The notes beneath the pieces were generated by a model. The model ran no database searches. It saw only the letters and a list, made by a program, of their open reading frames with translations, and had not been told where the DNA came from. From the NCBI GenBank assembly GCA_963826525.1, contig CAWGXH010000003.1:416001-480000 (forward strand): DNA of 64,000 nucleotides, read 5' to 3'. The DNA is from an uncultured Methanomicrobiaceae archaeon (lineage in GTDB: Archaea; Halobacteriota; Methanomicrobia; Methanomicrobiales; Methanoculleaceae). Of this stretch, positions 1-10,961 are shown piece after piece; the stretch's first letter is position 1, and the number at the start of each line of letters is the position of its first letter. The position numbers were made by a program, and so were the translations under genes.

Positions 1-3000
1 CTCGCTGTGCGGTTTACCGATCTCTCGACCGGAACTCCGACGGCATGGCTCTGGCAGTTTGGGGATGGGACGAACTCGACCCAGCAGAACCCTGAGAAGA
101 TCTTATACAGCACCCGGTACCTACACCGTCTCGCTGAATGCAACAAACGCACAGGGCAGCAGTTCCGTAATAAAAGATCAGTTCATCACGGTCACCGAGA
201 CGCCATCGCCGCCTGCTGCCGACTTCACAGGGACGCCCACGGCCGGCATCCGTCAACTTACGGTGCAGTTCACCGATCTCTCGACCGGAAACCCGACTGC
301 ATGGCTCTGGCAGTTTGGGGATGGAACAAATTCCACAGAACAGCACCCTCAAAAGACATATACCACAGTCGGCACCTACACCGTCTCGTTGAATGCAACA
401 AATGAAGACGGGAGCAGCACTCGAACAAAAGAGCATTTTATCAGTGTCATTGATGTCCCGGCACCGGGAAATTACACATTTACCACCCAATGGGGCTCAA
501 GGGGTTCAAATGACGGGCAGTTCGTCTATCCTGAAGGGCTGACCCTGGATGGCAGCGGTACGCTCTTTGTCGTCGATCAGGGCAATAATCGCATCCAGAG
601 GTTCGACAGGAATGGTACCTTTATGCAGAAGTGGGGGACGTCCGGCTCAGGAGAGGGAGAGTTTGACGTCCCGAGGGATATTGGTGCAGACGGGGAGGGG
701 AATCTCTATGTGACCGATACCTGGAATGCCCGCATACAGCAGTTTGACAGCACAGGTTCTTTCGTCTCAGAATGGGGATCATACGGCTCCGGTGACGGAC
801 AGTTCACGTATCTGTACGGCGTGGCGGTGGGCACGGCAGGAGATGTCTATGTGACCGATGCCGACCGGATCCAGAAGTTCAGCAGGAATGGAACGTTCAT
901 CACGAAATGGGGGACCTCCGGCACGGGTGATGGGCAGTTCAACTCGGTTATGGGTATCGCCGCTGATTCAGGCGGTAATGTATATGTGGTCGACTGGGGG
1001 AATAATCGGGTTCAGAAGTTTGATAGCACCGGTACATTTATCACAAAATGGGGAGCTCCGGGATCAGGAGACGGAGCGTTCTCCGGACCGAAGGGTATTG
1101 CGGTGGATGATGCGAACAATGTCTATGTAGCAGATGCCAAAAACCATCGCATCCAGATCTTTGCCGCAGACGGAACGTATCTGACCCAGATAGGAGCCTT
1201 TGGGACAGATGAAGGCCAGTTCGACGAGCCGTTTGATGTTCAGGTAGACAGTACCGGGAACGTCTATGTATCGGATGCAAGGAACCATAGGATACAGGTC
1301 TTCTCACCCACAATCGAAGGAATGCCGGTTGCCGGCTTTGCCGGCACCCCGACATCCGGTGAAACGCCGCTGACCGTCACATTCACCGATGAATCGACCG
1401 GGGATATCGCAGCATGGCACTGGACTTTCGGGGATGGAACAACATCAACTGAAAAGAACCCGACGAAGATATACACGATCCCGGGAACCTACACCGTCTC
1501 TCTCACCGTCACCACTGCAATCGGAAGCGATACCGAAGAAAAGAGTCGTTTCATCACCGCAACCCCGCCCCCTGAGAACTATACCTATGCCGGTGAGTGG
1601 GGATCGGTACGGGGACGGACGGCTTCTTGCCCCGACTGGAACTGCGATAGATAATGACGGTATGATCTATGTGATAGATTCGGGCAACAATCGCATCCAG
1701 AAATTCGATAGTAATGGCACTTTTATTACGTCATGGGACGGGCAGTTTGGAGCAGAGTGGGAAGAGGGATTTCTGCAAGGGGAGGCATATGGTATTGCAG
1801 TTGATGCCGATGGCTTCGTGTATGTCTCAGACGGTGGCCGTATCCAGAAGTTCACCAGCGAAGGATCCTTCGTAACAAAATGGGGATCGGCCGGTACCGG
1901 CGACGGGCAGTTCCAGGATGCAAAGGGTATTGCAATCGATGATTCCGGGAATGTCTATGTTGCAGATTTCATAGTTAACCGTATTCAGAAGTTCACCAGT
2001 AGCGGCACCTTCATCGGACAGTTCAGGTTCTCGCAGGGATCGGGTGACGGAGAGTTCGGATTAGGACCAAGCGGCATCGCGGTCGATGCCGACGGTGCCA
2101 TGTATATCACCGATCAGATCAATAACCGTGTCCAGAAGTTCGACGGCAACGGGGCATATATCACACAATGGGGCTCTTATGGCACCGGAATCGGGATGTT
2201 CAGAAGTCCGGAAGGCATTCAGGTCGACGATACCGGCACCGTGTACGTTGCCGATAGCATGAACAACCGCATCCAGACCTTCAGCAGCACCGGTACCTTC
2301 ATCACCGCATGGGGAAGCAGGGGTGCTGCTGACGGGAATTTTGATGGCCCCCATAGTATTGCCATTGACAGTAACGGCAGCATCTATGTAACAGACTTCT
2401 ATAATAACCGCGTTCAGAAGTTCAGCAGCGACAGCGCCTTCATCACCGCATGGGGCGGCGAACCGCCGGGCGATGGAGAGTTTTATCATCCGAACGGGAT
2501 GGCGGGGGACGGCGACGGTGCTGTGCTTGTGGCAGATACCAACAACCATCGCATCCAGAAGTTCGACAGAAACGGCACCGTTATCACCACGTTCGGTGAG
2601 CGTGGATCCCCGACCGCTCCGGGGGAGATCCCTGTAGATGAGGCTGATGGGAAATTTTTCATGCCGGAAGGTGTCACCATCGACAGAGATGGCTTCATCT
2701 ATGTAGCAGATACCGGCAATCATCGCATCCAGAAATTCGACACAAACGGAACGTTCATCAGAAAATGGGGCTCGTATGGAACGAGCGATGCGGCGTTTGA
2801 CAATCCGGAGAGCATTGCAGCAGACGCAGATGGATTCATCTATGTGGCAGATACCGGCAATAATCGCATTCAGAAGTTTGATAGGAACGGCACCTTCATC
2901 ACAAAATGGGGATCGGCCGGCATCAGTGACGGGAGGTTTGGAGAACCGCGCGGGATTGCGGTTGATCCTGCCGGTTATGTCTATGTTGCAGATTGCAACA

Positions 3001-4101
3001 ATATCCGCATCCAGAAGTTTGACAGTAACGGCACATTCGTCACCGGATGGGGTTCATCTGGCACCGGGGACGGGCAGTTTTATCGCCCGGAAAGAATCGC
3101 ATCGGACGGAACGGGCAATATCTATGTGACTGACCCGGGTAATTACCGTGTCCAGAAGTTCACCAGTAATGGTGTTTTCATCACCGCATGGGGAACCCGC
3201 GGCTCCGGCGACGGCGAGTTTGACGTACCGCAGGGTGTTGCAATCGATGCGGACGGTTTGGTTTTTGTGGTAGATGAATACAATAACAGAGTCCAGGTAT
3301 TTTCACCCTTCAACCTGATTCCCGCACCTGTTGCTTCCTTTACTGCGAATGTGACAGGCGGTTATGCCCCGCTCGGAGTCCGGTTCACCGATACCTCTAC
3401 CGGAGACCCGACTTCATGGAATTGGTCGTTCGGCGACGGTGGCACCTCGACCCTGCAGAACCCCGTGCACACCTACGCTCTTACCGGAAACTATACCGTG
3501 AGCCTGACAGTGAACAATGCCGACGGCGAGCGATACCCTGACCCGGGCCGGGTACATCACTGTCACCGCCGCTGCACCGCTCGTCACCGATCCCGCGGCG
3601 GCACCCGCAGTCATCCCGACCGACACCGACGGCTCTCCCGGAATGGGTGAGACCGCCGTGCTCTCCGTGGCGGTGGCGGGGCGGACGTCGCATCGGTGAC
3701 GGTGAATTTCTCGGCGCTCGGCGGGTCGACGGCTACTGTCGATGGCCGATGCCGGGAACGGCACCTGGACGGTGAGCACGACGGGTACCGTCCCATCGCC
3801 GTTTGCCGACGGTGCCTACCAGCCGGTGCTCCTCGCCGTGAACGCGACCGATACGGATGGTGCCAGCAACACGACCGTCTCGATCCCGCTCACGGTCGTG
3901 AAGAACGGGGACGCCAACGAGAACAACCGGGTCACGCTCTACGACGCCGTCTACATTGCCCGGCACACGCTCGAGATGGAAGGCTACCCGATGACCGAGA
4001 GCGTCGGAGCGGTCTCGGGCGGCGACGACCTGTCGCTCCACGATGCGATGTACCTCGCAAAGCACGTGCTTGCGATCCCCGGGTTTGAGCAGTTGCACTG
4101 A
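1..4101 (+). CDS. Large surface protein: PKD domains, NHL-repeat beta-propellers and a C-terminal dockerin-like domain; 5' end outside the window, several apparent indels
   Basis: PKD motifs ([26 protein letters not shown]) and many NHL repeats (GIAVDxxGxxYVADxxNxRIQKF) across ORFs 59-1654, 1389-3650 and 3742-4101. C-terminal [20 protein letters not shown]...[13 protein letters not shown]. Frame switches near 95, 1610, 3525, 3680 and 3740. Confidence 0.88.
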
Positions 4102-4108
4102 AGAAGAA

Positions 4109-4126
4109 TCTCCTTTTTTTACTTCT
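4109..4126 (+). terminator. Oligo-T archaeal terminator-like tract
   Basis: TCTCCTTTTTTTACTTCT directly after the stop at 4101. Confidence 0.45.
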
Positions 4127-4247
4127 CCTGCCGGAAGACGCACGTCAAAATTTTCAAACTGCCGCCAAACCTCGGGGCCGAGGTCGTGCGAGCACCCGAC
4201 GAAGGACGTCGTCAGGTTCATTACTCCCGCCGTCGCCTTGTGATCCC

Positions 4248-4916
4248 ATGACCACGGAACTGACCGAGGAGTGCCGGTGCGCCATCTGCGGCAAGGATTC
4301 CCTGCAGGGCATCATCGCATCGACGAGCGCATTCGGATCGCCCGATCTCGACTTCCGGCCGCCACCGATGGAGCGCGAGACCATCGACCACTGGGTTCAG
4401 GAATGCCCCCATTGCGGCTACTGTGCGCCCGAGATCGATCAGCCGATCGCAGGAGCCGGGGCGGTGATCGCATCCGAGGAGTACAGGATGATCCGGAACA
4501 GACGCGGCGACCTGCCCCTCCTCGGCCGGTTCCTCTGCGCCTCGTTCCTCTTCGAGCATGCCGACTGCCTGGTCGAGGCGGCTGCGACGGCGCTCTATGC
4601 CGCCTGGGCCGCCGACGATGCGGATGACGCGGAGGAGGAAGCCGTGCGGGCGCGGCAGCGGATGCTCACCCTGATCGACGAGCTCCATGCCCGGGGGGAG
4701 CAGTACGGCGACGACCCCGCCACCGAGGCACTGCTGATGGTCGACGTATCCCGGCGTTCCGGAGCGTTCGACCGGGCCAGGCAGGTGATCGCGGAGCTCG
4801 CAGGCGTCGAAGATCCGCTGTTCCAGGCACTGGTCGCGTTCCAGCGGGAGAAGGTCGAGGCCGGGGATATGCAGGGGTATACCGTCGAGCAGGCGATCTT
4901 CGATCCGACCGGGTGA
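4248..4916 (+). CDS. DUF2225-like zinc-ribbon/helical protein
   Basis: CAICG...DLDFRP...VQECPHCGYCA followed by a helical TPR-like region (AAWAADD). Confidence 0.7.
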   Translation: MTTELTEECRCAICGKDSLQGIIASTSAFGSPDLDFRPPPMERETIDHWVQECPHCGYCAPEIDQPIAGAGAVIASEEYRMIRNRRGDLPLLGRFLCASFLFEHADCLVEAAATALYAAWAADDADDAEEEAVRARQRMLTLIDELHARGEQYGDDPATEALLMVDVSRRSGAFDRARQVIAELAGVEDPLFQALVAFQREKVEAGDMQGYTVEQAIFDPTG

Positions 4917-4998
4917 TCGGGTCGTGATGAGGCGTCCACCTGGCGGCTTGCTACGCTAGATTCCTGGTTCGGAGGGTGTACTTCCTCTCCCGCCAGCG

Positions 4999-5183
4999 TG
5001 AAAAACCTGAATGAACACCCTGAAAATTCATGCTGAAAAACCTGAATAACACCCTGAAAATTCATGCTGAAAAACCTGAATAACACCCTGAAAATATGCT
5101 GAAAAACCTGAATGAACCCTGAATCATACCCCCCCAAAAGATCCGAAAAAAGGTATGCCATATGCTGAATATTTTCAGGTGTT
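4999..5183. repeat. Iteron-like AT-rich tandem repeat: four 25-35 bp units plus one inverted partial copy
   Basis: TGAAAAACCTGAAT(G)AACACCCTGAAAATTCATGC at 4999, 5034, 5068 and 5100 (partial). Inverted partial copy TGCTGAATATTTTCAGGTGTTC near 5163-5183. Confidence 0.85.
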
Positions 5184-5214
5184 CGGCAGGCACATAACAG
5201 GGTGAATACTCACC

Positions 5215-5861
5215 GTGAATAGGTACAGGTGGATACTCACCGTCTGGATCGACGACTCGGCCGAGCAGGATCGGGCGGTGCTCGAGCACCTCAAGCGGAC
5301 GGAGGCGAACCTGCCATCAGGGCAGGCCGATCCGGACGTGCTGGCCGCCCGTGCGCTCTGGTCGGTCGTCAAGCAGCACCGGATCTCTGTCCGGATCCCC
5401 TTCGCCCGGCGGATCCAGTTCTCGAACGCCGCGAACCGCCGCAACCCCGCGATGCTCTTCGACCTGATCAAGTGCCATGCGGCGCTGCGGTTCCTGCAGC
5501 GGGAGCCGCGAGAGGTGAACAGCGTGATCGCTATCGAGGCGACCCGGCAGGACTTCGACGCGGCCGCCCGGCTCTACGGCGCGATCACCCGGGAGGGCGG
5601 CGGGCAGGAGTCGAAGATGACCCGGAACGAGGCGGCGGCGCTCCAGACGATAGCCCGGATGGGCTGGGAGACCTTCACGGTCCGGATGCTGCAGCAGGTC
5701 ACCGAACTGTCGTACCACCGGACGCGGCGGATCTCGGCCGGTGCATGGTCTGCGATTCGGGGAAGGCGGCCTACCGCTCCCGCGAGGCACGGGCGAGTAT
5801 CTGCCAGGGATGTTATGCACGGCTCGTACGGGAGGGGAACGCGAAGGAGGGGGTGCGGTGA
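5215..5861 (+). pseudogene. C-terminal remnant of a mobile-element replication/helicase-like protein with a terminal zinc finger
   Basis: AAA+ lid-like segment (NRRNPAMLFDLIKCHAAL...ATRQDFDAAARLY) and an HTH-like segment. These join out of frame to GRCMVC...SICQGCYARLVRE (CxxC...CxxC). No N-terminus is present. Confidence 0.5.
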
Positions 5862-5979
5862 TACGTATATCATTGAGAAATTGCCAATGGAGATGTAATG
5901 GCAGCAGGGAGGGCGAGTCTCGCGGAGCGGTTTGCAGCGTCGGCACTCCTGGAAAGAGTGATTTTGCGGAGTATCGGGC

Positions 5980-6513
5980 ATGAACGCTGCTGATATCCTC
6001 CCTGATGACTATCCCGCCTTTCTCTCCGCTCTGAAGGTGCGGGTCCGTGAGGCTCAGGTCCGGGCTGCCCTCTCGGTGAATCGTGAGCTTATCCTGCTCT
6101 CCTGGCAGATCGGGCGGGAGATCGTACAGCGGTAGCAGGACGAGGGCTGGGGAGCGAAGGTGATCGACCGGCTCTCGGCCGACCTCCGGCGGGAGTTTCC
6201 GCATATGAAGGGTTTCTCTCCCCGGAATCTCAAGTACATGAGCGCATTCGCACGGGCATACCCGGACGAGGCAATTGTGCAGGAGGTGCTTGCACAAATT
6301 ACCTGGTTTCACAACTGCATGATCCTGGACAAACTACGTGACTGGGCAGTTCGGGAATGGTACATCCGCAAAACCATCGCAAACGGCTGGTCGCGGAACG
6401 TGCTCGTGCACCAGATCGAGAGCGCTCTCTATGAACGCGAAGGACGGGCGAACACCATGCCGGCAACCGGCATCGCCCGGTGCAAACGGTTAACACGATG
6501 CAGTTCAAATTGA
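5980..6513 (+). pseudogene. DUF1016/YhcG N-terminal domain with an in-frame TAG; nuclease domain missing
   Basis: ATG 5980 gives AQVRAALSVNRELILLSWQIGREIVQR*QDEGWGAKVIDRLSADLRREFPHMKGFSPRNLKYM. TAG at 6133-6135. Homology ends after LYEREG. Confidence 0.82.
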
Positions 6514-6700
6514 ATCTAAACACCGGGAACGGCAAAAATTGCCGGATCCGCATACTGTAACGTCATACTATTTTCCGTTCCCGGGAAAATACTCAGAAGG
6601 AGATCAAGGATAGAGAGAGGGAAGACGTGGCAGGCGAAAAGATCGGAATGCTCCGGCTCGCTTCAGAGCAGGCGCTCTTGAACGTCACGGGAGCAGCGAC

Positions 6701-8150
6701 ATGACCCCCATCCGCCTCTTCATCAGCAGCGTGCAGAAGGAGTTCGCCGACGAGCGGGCGGCGCTCCGCGACTACCTGCGGGGCGATGCACTGATGCGGC
6801 GGTTCTTCGAGGTCTTCCTCTTCGAGGACGTCCCGGCCGCCGACCGCCGGACGGACGACCTGTACCTCGACGAGGTCCGGCGCTGCGATATCTACGTCGG
6901 ACTATTCGGGAACGACTACGGTGCCGGGAACGCCGAGGGACTCTCGCCGACCGAACGGGAGTTTGACCTCGCCACCGCCGAAGGCAAGTACCGGCTCATC
7001 TACGTCAGGGGCACGGACGACGGCGCCCGCCACCCGAAGATGCGTGCCCTCATCGGCAGGGCGGAGGCGGGGCTGATCCGGAAGCGGTTTACCGCCCCGT
7101 CGGAGCTGGTCGCCGGACTCTATGCGGCACTCGTCGGGTACCTCGAGGAGAAGCAGCTGCATCCGCTCCGGCCCCTTCGATGCGGCCCCGTGCACGAAGG
7201 CGACGCCCGAACACCTTGACCCGGAGCGGATGGCGTGGTTCATCCGCACCGCCAGGAGAACCCGCCGGTTCCCCCTCGCCGAGGATGCCTCCCCCACCGA
7301 GCTGCTGGAGCACCTGAACCTGCTCGACGGCGGGCAAGTGACGAACGCGGCAGTCCTGCTCTTCGCAAAACAGCCGCAACGGTTCCTGCTCTCCTCCGAG
7401 ATCAAGTGCGCCCACTTCCACGGCACCGAGGTCGCCAAACCGATCCCGTCCTACCAGGTCTACAAGGGCACGGTCTTCGAGCTCGTCGACGCGGCGGTGG
7501 ACTTCGTCCTCAGCAAGATCGCCCTCTCGGTCGGCACCCGCGAGGCCGGGCCGCAGGCGCCGGTGCGCTACGAGATCCCGAAGGAGGTGGTGGCGGAGGC
7601 GATCGTCAACGCCGTCGCCCACCGCGACTACACGAGCAACGGCAGCGTGCAGGTGATGCTCTTTTCGGACCGTCTGGAGGTCTGGAACCCCGGCAGGCTC
7701 CCGCCGTCCCTGACGCTCGAGAAACTCCGGCAGGCCCACGGGTCGGTGCCGGGCAACCCGCTCCTCGCCGAGCCGATGTACCTGACCGGCTACATCGAGC
7801 GGATGGGCACGGGAACGCGGGATATGATCCGGCGCTGCACCGAGGCCGGCCTCCCGGAGCCGGAGTTTGGCGTCAGCGACGGGTTCCAGACGATCGTCCG
7901 CCGGGTTCAGGGTGGGGAAGAACCTTCGGTGAAAACTTCGGTGAAAACTTCGGTGAAAACTTCGGGGTTAATCCTGGACATGATCCGACGACAGCCAGAG
8001 ATCACCATACCAGAGATGGCCGAAGCACTGGGCAAGAGCACCCGCGCCATAGAGTTGCAACTGGCAAACCTCAAAAAATCCGGAAAGGTGCAACGCATCG
8101 GCCCGGCAAAGGGTGGCCGCTGGGAGATTACCGAAGGCGGAGCTGAGTAG
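6701..8150 (+). CDS. DUF4062 + HATPase_c_4 (RecG C-terminal-like) + wHTH protein; one indel near 7160
   Basis: N-terminal RLFISSVQKEFADER...CDIYVGLFG..YG...SPTEREF. C-terminal EAIVNAVAHRDY, NPG.LP, IERMGTG and a terminal wHTH. Confidence 0.85.
7924..7965 (+). repeat. 12-bp tandem repeat (CTTCGGTGAAAA x3.5) encoding an SVKT linker
   Basis: Read directly from the sequence. Confidence 0.9.
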
Positions 8151-8167
8151 CGTCGGAAAGCGCGAGA

Positions 8168-8345
8168 CTTAAAATATACGACAGTGTTGAGCGCTTGACC
8201 GGTTTATGCATAGGGACTGTCAGTTTTAGTGTTTTATCCGGCAGATGCTTCTGCAGGCGGATATGGCTGCCATGCGTGCGGACGACCAGTTCCTTTGAAG
8301 AGCGGTAACGATTGTGTCATACTCAAGAGCAGGTACCTTGCTCAT
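8168..8345 (-). pseudogene. hicA: HicA toxin copy 1, frameshifted and 3'-truncated
   Basis: MSKVPALEYDTIVTALQRN-(fs)-VVRTHGSHIRLQKHLPDKTLKLTVPMHKPVKRSTLSYIL, with the GSH motif. Confidence 0.75.
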
Positions 8346-8546
8346 ACAGTAATCTCAATCTGCTCGGCTGTTTCGCTCAAGACGAGATCATCCTCAACAG
8401 TTTCAAGATACAGGTCAATCGCTTCCCTGATATTTTCCAATGCTTCTTCCTTCGTGTCGCCTTCGCTGATACAACCGGGAAGGCCTGGTACAGAGATCGT
8501 ATAGCCTCCTTCCTCAGCGGGCTTCGAGCACTACACATAGCCTCAT
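8342..8546 (-). pseudogene. hicB: HicB antitoxin copy 1 (+1 indel)
   Basis: Close to copy 2 (LPGCISEGDTKEEALENIREAIDLYLE); 205 nt long. Confidence 0.75.
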
Positions 8547-8554
8547 ACACTAAC

Positions 8555-8600
8555 CTATCCAGCCCGGGCACTTATACGTAATTGCCATATCGGCGATGTC
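8555..8600 (-). promoter_or_regulatory. Repeated hicBA promoter motif, also at ~11170-11205, ~18322-18365 and ~26104-26140
   Basis: Shared plus-strand motif similar to TCAATCCGGGGAA-T-TATACGTAATTGCCATA. It reads as a TATA box (TATAAA/TATAAG) on the minus strand about 30 nt upstream of the hicB start. Confidence 0.6.
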
Positions 8601-8768
8601 TACATACCCTGGTACATTGGGTGGAGATTACCGACCCGGCACTAGTGCCCGTGAAACCTTCGGCAAAGGAGGGTCGGATTCCTAGAAGGGTTTGGGCATC
8701 AGGGCTGCATTGTCACCGCCGGTATTTCGGAGGGTATAAGTGTATGAATGTGATACCCAACACTACCT

Positions 8769-9053
8769 ATGCGTCCTCTCACCCTGATTCGGCAGAACCT
8801 CCGCACGATCAGGGAGCGATATGGCGTGGCCCGTATCGGTGTCTTCGGCTCTGTGGTGCGAAACGAAGACACCCCGGCGAGCGACATTGACGTGCTCGTC
8901 GAGTTCCGGGAAGGGGAGGAGACCTTTGACCACTTCATGGACCTCAAGTTCTATCTCGAAGATCTCCTGGGACGAAAGACGGATCTCGTCATTGCCGATA
9001 CATTAAAGCCCCGGATCCGGGATTCCGTCCTTCGTGAGGTCGTCTATGCCTAG
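8769..9053 (+). CDS. Minimal nucleotidyltransferase (MNT/MntA-type antitoxin)
   Basis: VFGSVVRNEDTPASDIDVLVEF; 94 aa; overlaps the HepT gene. Confidence 0.9.
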   Translation: MRPLTLIRQNLRTIRERYGVARIGVFGSVVRNEDTPASDIDVLVEFREGEETFDHFMDLKFYLEDLLGRKTDLVIADTLKPRIRDSVLREVVYA

Positions 9054-9390
9054 AGATACCCTGCTCTACCTCGAGGATATCAGAGACGCCATCGGTGCCA
9101 TCCGCTCGTATGTAGGGGATCGAGCGTTCGAGGATTTTGTCGACGATCCGATGTGCCTCGATGCCGTCGTGCTCAGGCTTATCACCATCGGAGAAGCAGT
9201 GAAGCATATCCCTGCCGAGATCTGTGCCCGCCATCCTGAGATTGCATGGCGAAAGATTGCCGGGCTGCGGGATATCAGTGTCCACTCCTATTACTCCGTC
9301 AAACCAACAATCCTCTGGGACGTCATCCAGACCAAACTCGAACCCCTGGAGGATGCGGTGGAGGCGATGATCCGGGAAGAGGCGGCATGA
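9046..9390 (+). CDS. DUF86/HepT-like HEPN ribonuclease toxin
   Basis: LYLEDI...IGEAVKHI...WRKIAGLRDISVHSY (R-x4-H motif); ATG at 9046. Confidence 0.9.
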   Translation: MPRDTLLYLEDIRDAIGAIRSYVGDRAFEDFVDDPMCLDAVVLRLITIGEAVKHIPAEICARHPEIAWRKIAGLRDISVHSYYSVKPTILWDVIQTKLEPLEDAVEAMIREEAA

Positions 9391-10496
9391 CGATGACGCC
9401 CTACGTGCCCGAATCCCTGCCGCCAGAGGGTATCGACTGGGAGCGGCACATCCCCCGGATTGCGGCGGCGAACCGTGCCCTTGCCCGGTACGACGGAGTT
9501 CTCCAGGCGATCCCGAACCCCGAGATCCTGCTCTCGCCGCTCCTGACGCAGGAGGCGGTGCTCTCCTCACGGATCGAGGGGACACAGGCGTCACTTGAGG
9601 ACGTGCTGCGGTTCGAGGCGAACCCGAGAGAGCGGATCAGCGATACGGCGCTCGCTGACATCCAGGAGATTATCAATTACCGGGAAGCGCTGCACAACGC
9701 GGTGGATGCACTCACAAACCGGCTGCTGGATGTTGCCCTGATCTGTGACCTGCACCGAGTCCTGCTGACCGGCAGCAGGGGCATGGACCGGGAGCCGGGG
9801 TGCATCCGGGAGATCCAGAATTTCATCGGGCGGGATGCGTATATCGAGCACGCGGTCTTCGTTCCTCCGGCGCCGGAAAGCGTTCCCGGGGCGCTCGAGG
9901 GCTGGGCGGCATACCTGCAGCGCGAGGAGAAGGACGTGCTCGTCCAGCTCTCCGTCTTAAAAGCGCAGTTCGAACTCATCCACCCGTTCTGCGACGGCAA
10001 CGGACGTATCGGACGGATGCTCGTCCCGCTGATCCTGTACGAGAAGGGATTGATAGGAAGCCCGATGTTCTACATCAGCGCCTACCTCGAGCGGCACCGG
10101 CCGGAATATTACGAACGCCTGCTCGGGGTCTCTCGCGACCGCGACTGGAACGGCTGGATCGCGTTCTTCCTCCGCGTCATTGAGGAGCAGGCGGAGGAGA
10201 ACGGCAAAAAGGCGAAGGCTATCCTCGGCCTCTACGACGAGATGAAGCAGACGGTGCCGGAGGTGACGCGGTCGCAGTACGCCATCGCTGCGATCGACGC
10301 GATCTTCCGAACGCCGATCTTCAGTTCGTCGGAGTTTTACGAGCAGACAGCGATGCCGAGGAGAGCGGCAGAGCGGATCCTTCAGCAGCTCCGGGAAGAG
10401 GATATCATTGCCGTTCTTGCAGAGGGTGGCGGACGGCGTCCCACGATGTACGTCTTTCCGCGCCTGATCGCCATCACCGAGGGGGACCGGCTATGA
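9387..10496 (+). CDS. Fic family protein (DUF4172-type N-terminus)
   Basis: EAVLSSRIEGTQASL and Fic motif HPFCDGNGRIGR; ATGA overlap with the HepT stop. Confidence 0.92.
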   Translation: MTMTPYVPESLPPEGIDWERHIPRIAAANRALARYDGVLQAIPNPEILLSPLLTQEAVLSSRIEGTQASLEDVLRFEANPRERISDTALADIQEIINYREALHNAVDALTNRLLDVALICDLHRVLLTGSRGMDREPGCIREIQNFIGRDAYIEHAVFVPPAPESVPGALEGWAAYLQREEKDVLVQLSVLKAQFELIHPFCDGNGRIGRMLVPLILYEKGLIGSPMFYISAYLERHRPEYYERLLGVSRDRDWNGWIAFFLRVIEEQAEENGKKAKAILGLYDEMKQTVPEVTRSQYAIAAIDAIFRTPIFSSSEFYEQTAMPRRAAERILQQLREEDIIAVLAEGGGRRPTMYVFPRLIAITEGDRL

Positions 10497-10523
10497 GCAC
10501 TTACAACTCTCTGTCTGAGAGGG

Positions 10524-10629
10524 TTTGTGCGACACCTGTGGTCTGCAACAGAATTTGTGCGACACAAACATGTGTGTCATGTCGCACAAAAGTTTTTGTG
10601 CGACACCGGTGAGGGACAACGCTCGGCGA
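10524..10629. repeat. Cluster of TTTGTGCGACAC sites (3 direct, 1 inverted); the last 34 bp recur at 14614-14647
   Basis: Direct sites at 10524, 10554 and 10595; inverted TGTCGCACAAA at 10580. TTGTGCGACACCGGTGAGGGASAACGCTCGGCGA is 33/34 identical at 10596 and 14614. Confidence 0.85.
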
Positions 10630-10740
10630 GCGACAGGCTTGACGTGAGAGGCCGCACCAACACCAACGCCGATGCCTGTCAGAAAGCCAAATCGGTACAC
10701 GTGCTTCCACACACACGAGGCCGGGTGAAAGGGTGACGAC

Positions 10741-10961
10741 CTAGAGCAGATCATGCAGGTCTTCGACGGTCATATCGGCCTGCTTTAAAATGTGCGACAG
10801 CGTTGAGCGCTTGACCGGTTTATGCATAGGGACGGTCGGTTTTAGTGTTTTATCCGGCAGATGCTTTTGCAGGCGGATATGGCTGCCACGCGTGCGGACG
10901 ACCGGTTCCTTTGAAGAGCGGTAACGATTGTGTCATACTCAAGAGCAGGTACCTTGCTCAT
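10741..10961 (-). pseudogene. hicA: HicA toxin copy 2, frameshifted after codon 19
   Basis: MSKVPALEYDTIVTALQRN-cg-VVRTRGSHIRLQKHLPDKTLKPTVPMHKPVKRSTLSHILKQADMTVEDLHDLL*; 221 nt. Confidence 0.82.

Noticed and set aside
4999-5124. Possible CRISPR array
   Set aside because: The units are contiguous with no unique spacers, and no cas genes are present
6133-6135. In-frame TAG as pyrrolysine readthrough
   Set aside because: It is a simple CAG->TAG change in a gene that is also 3'-truncated, and there are no pyl genes in the window
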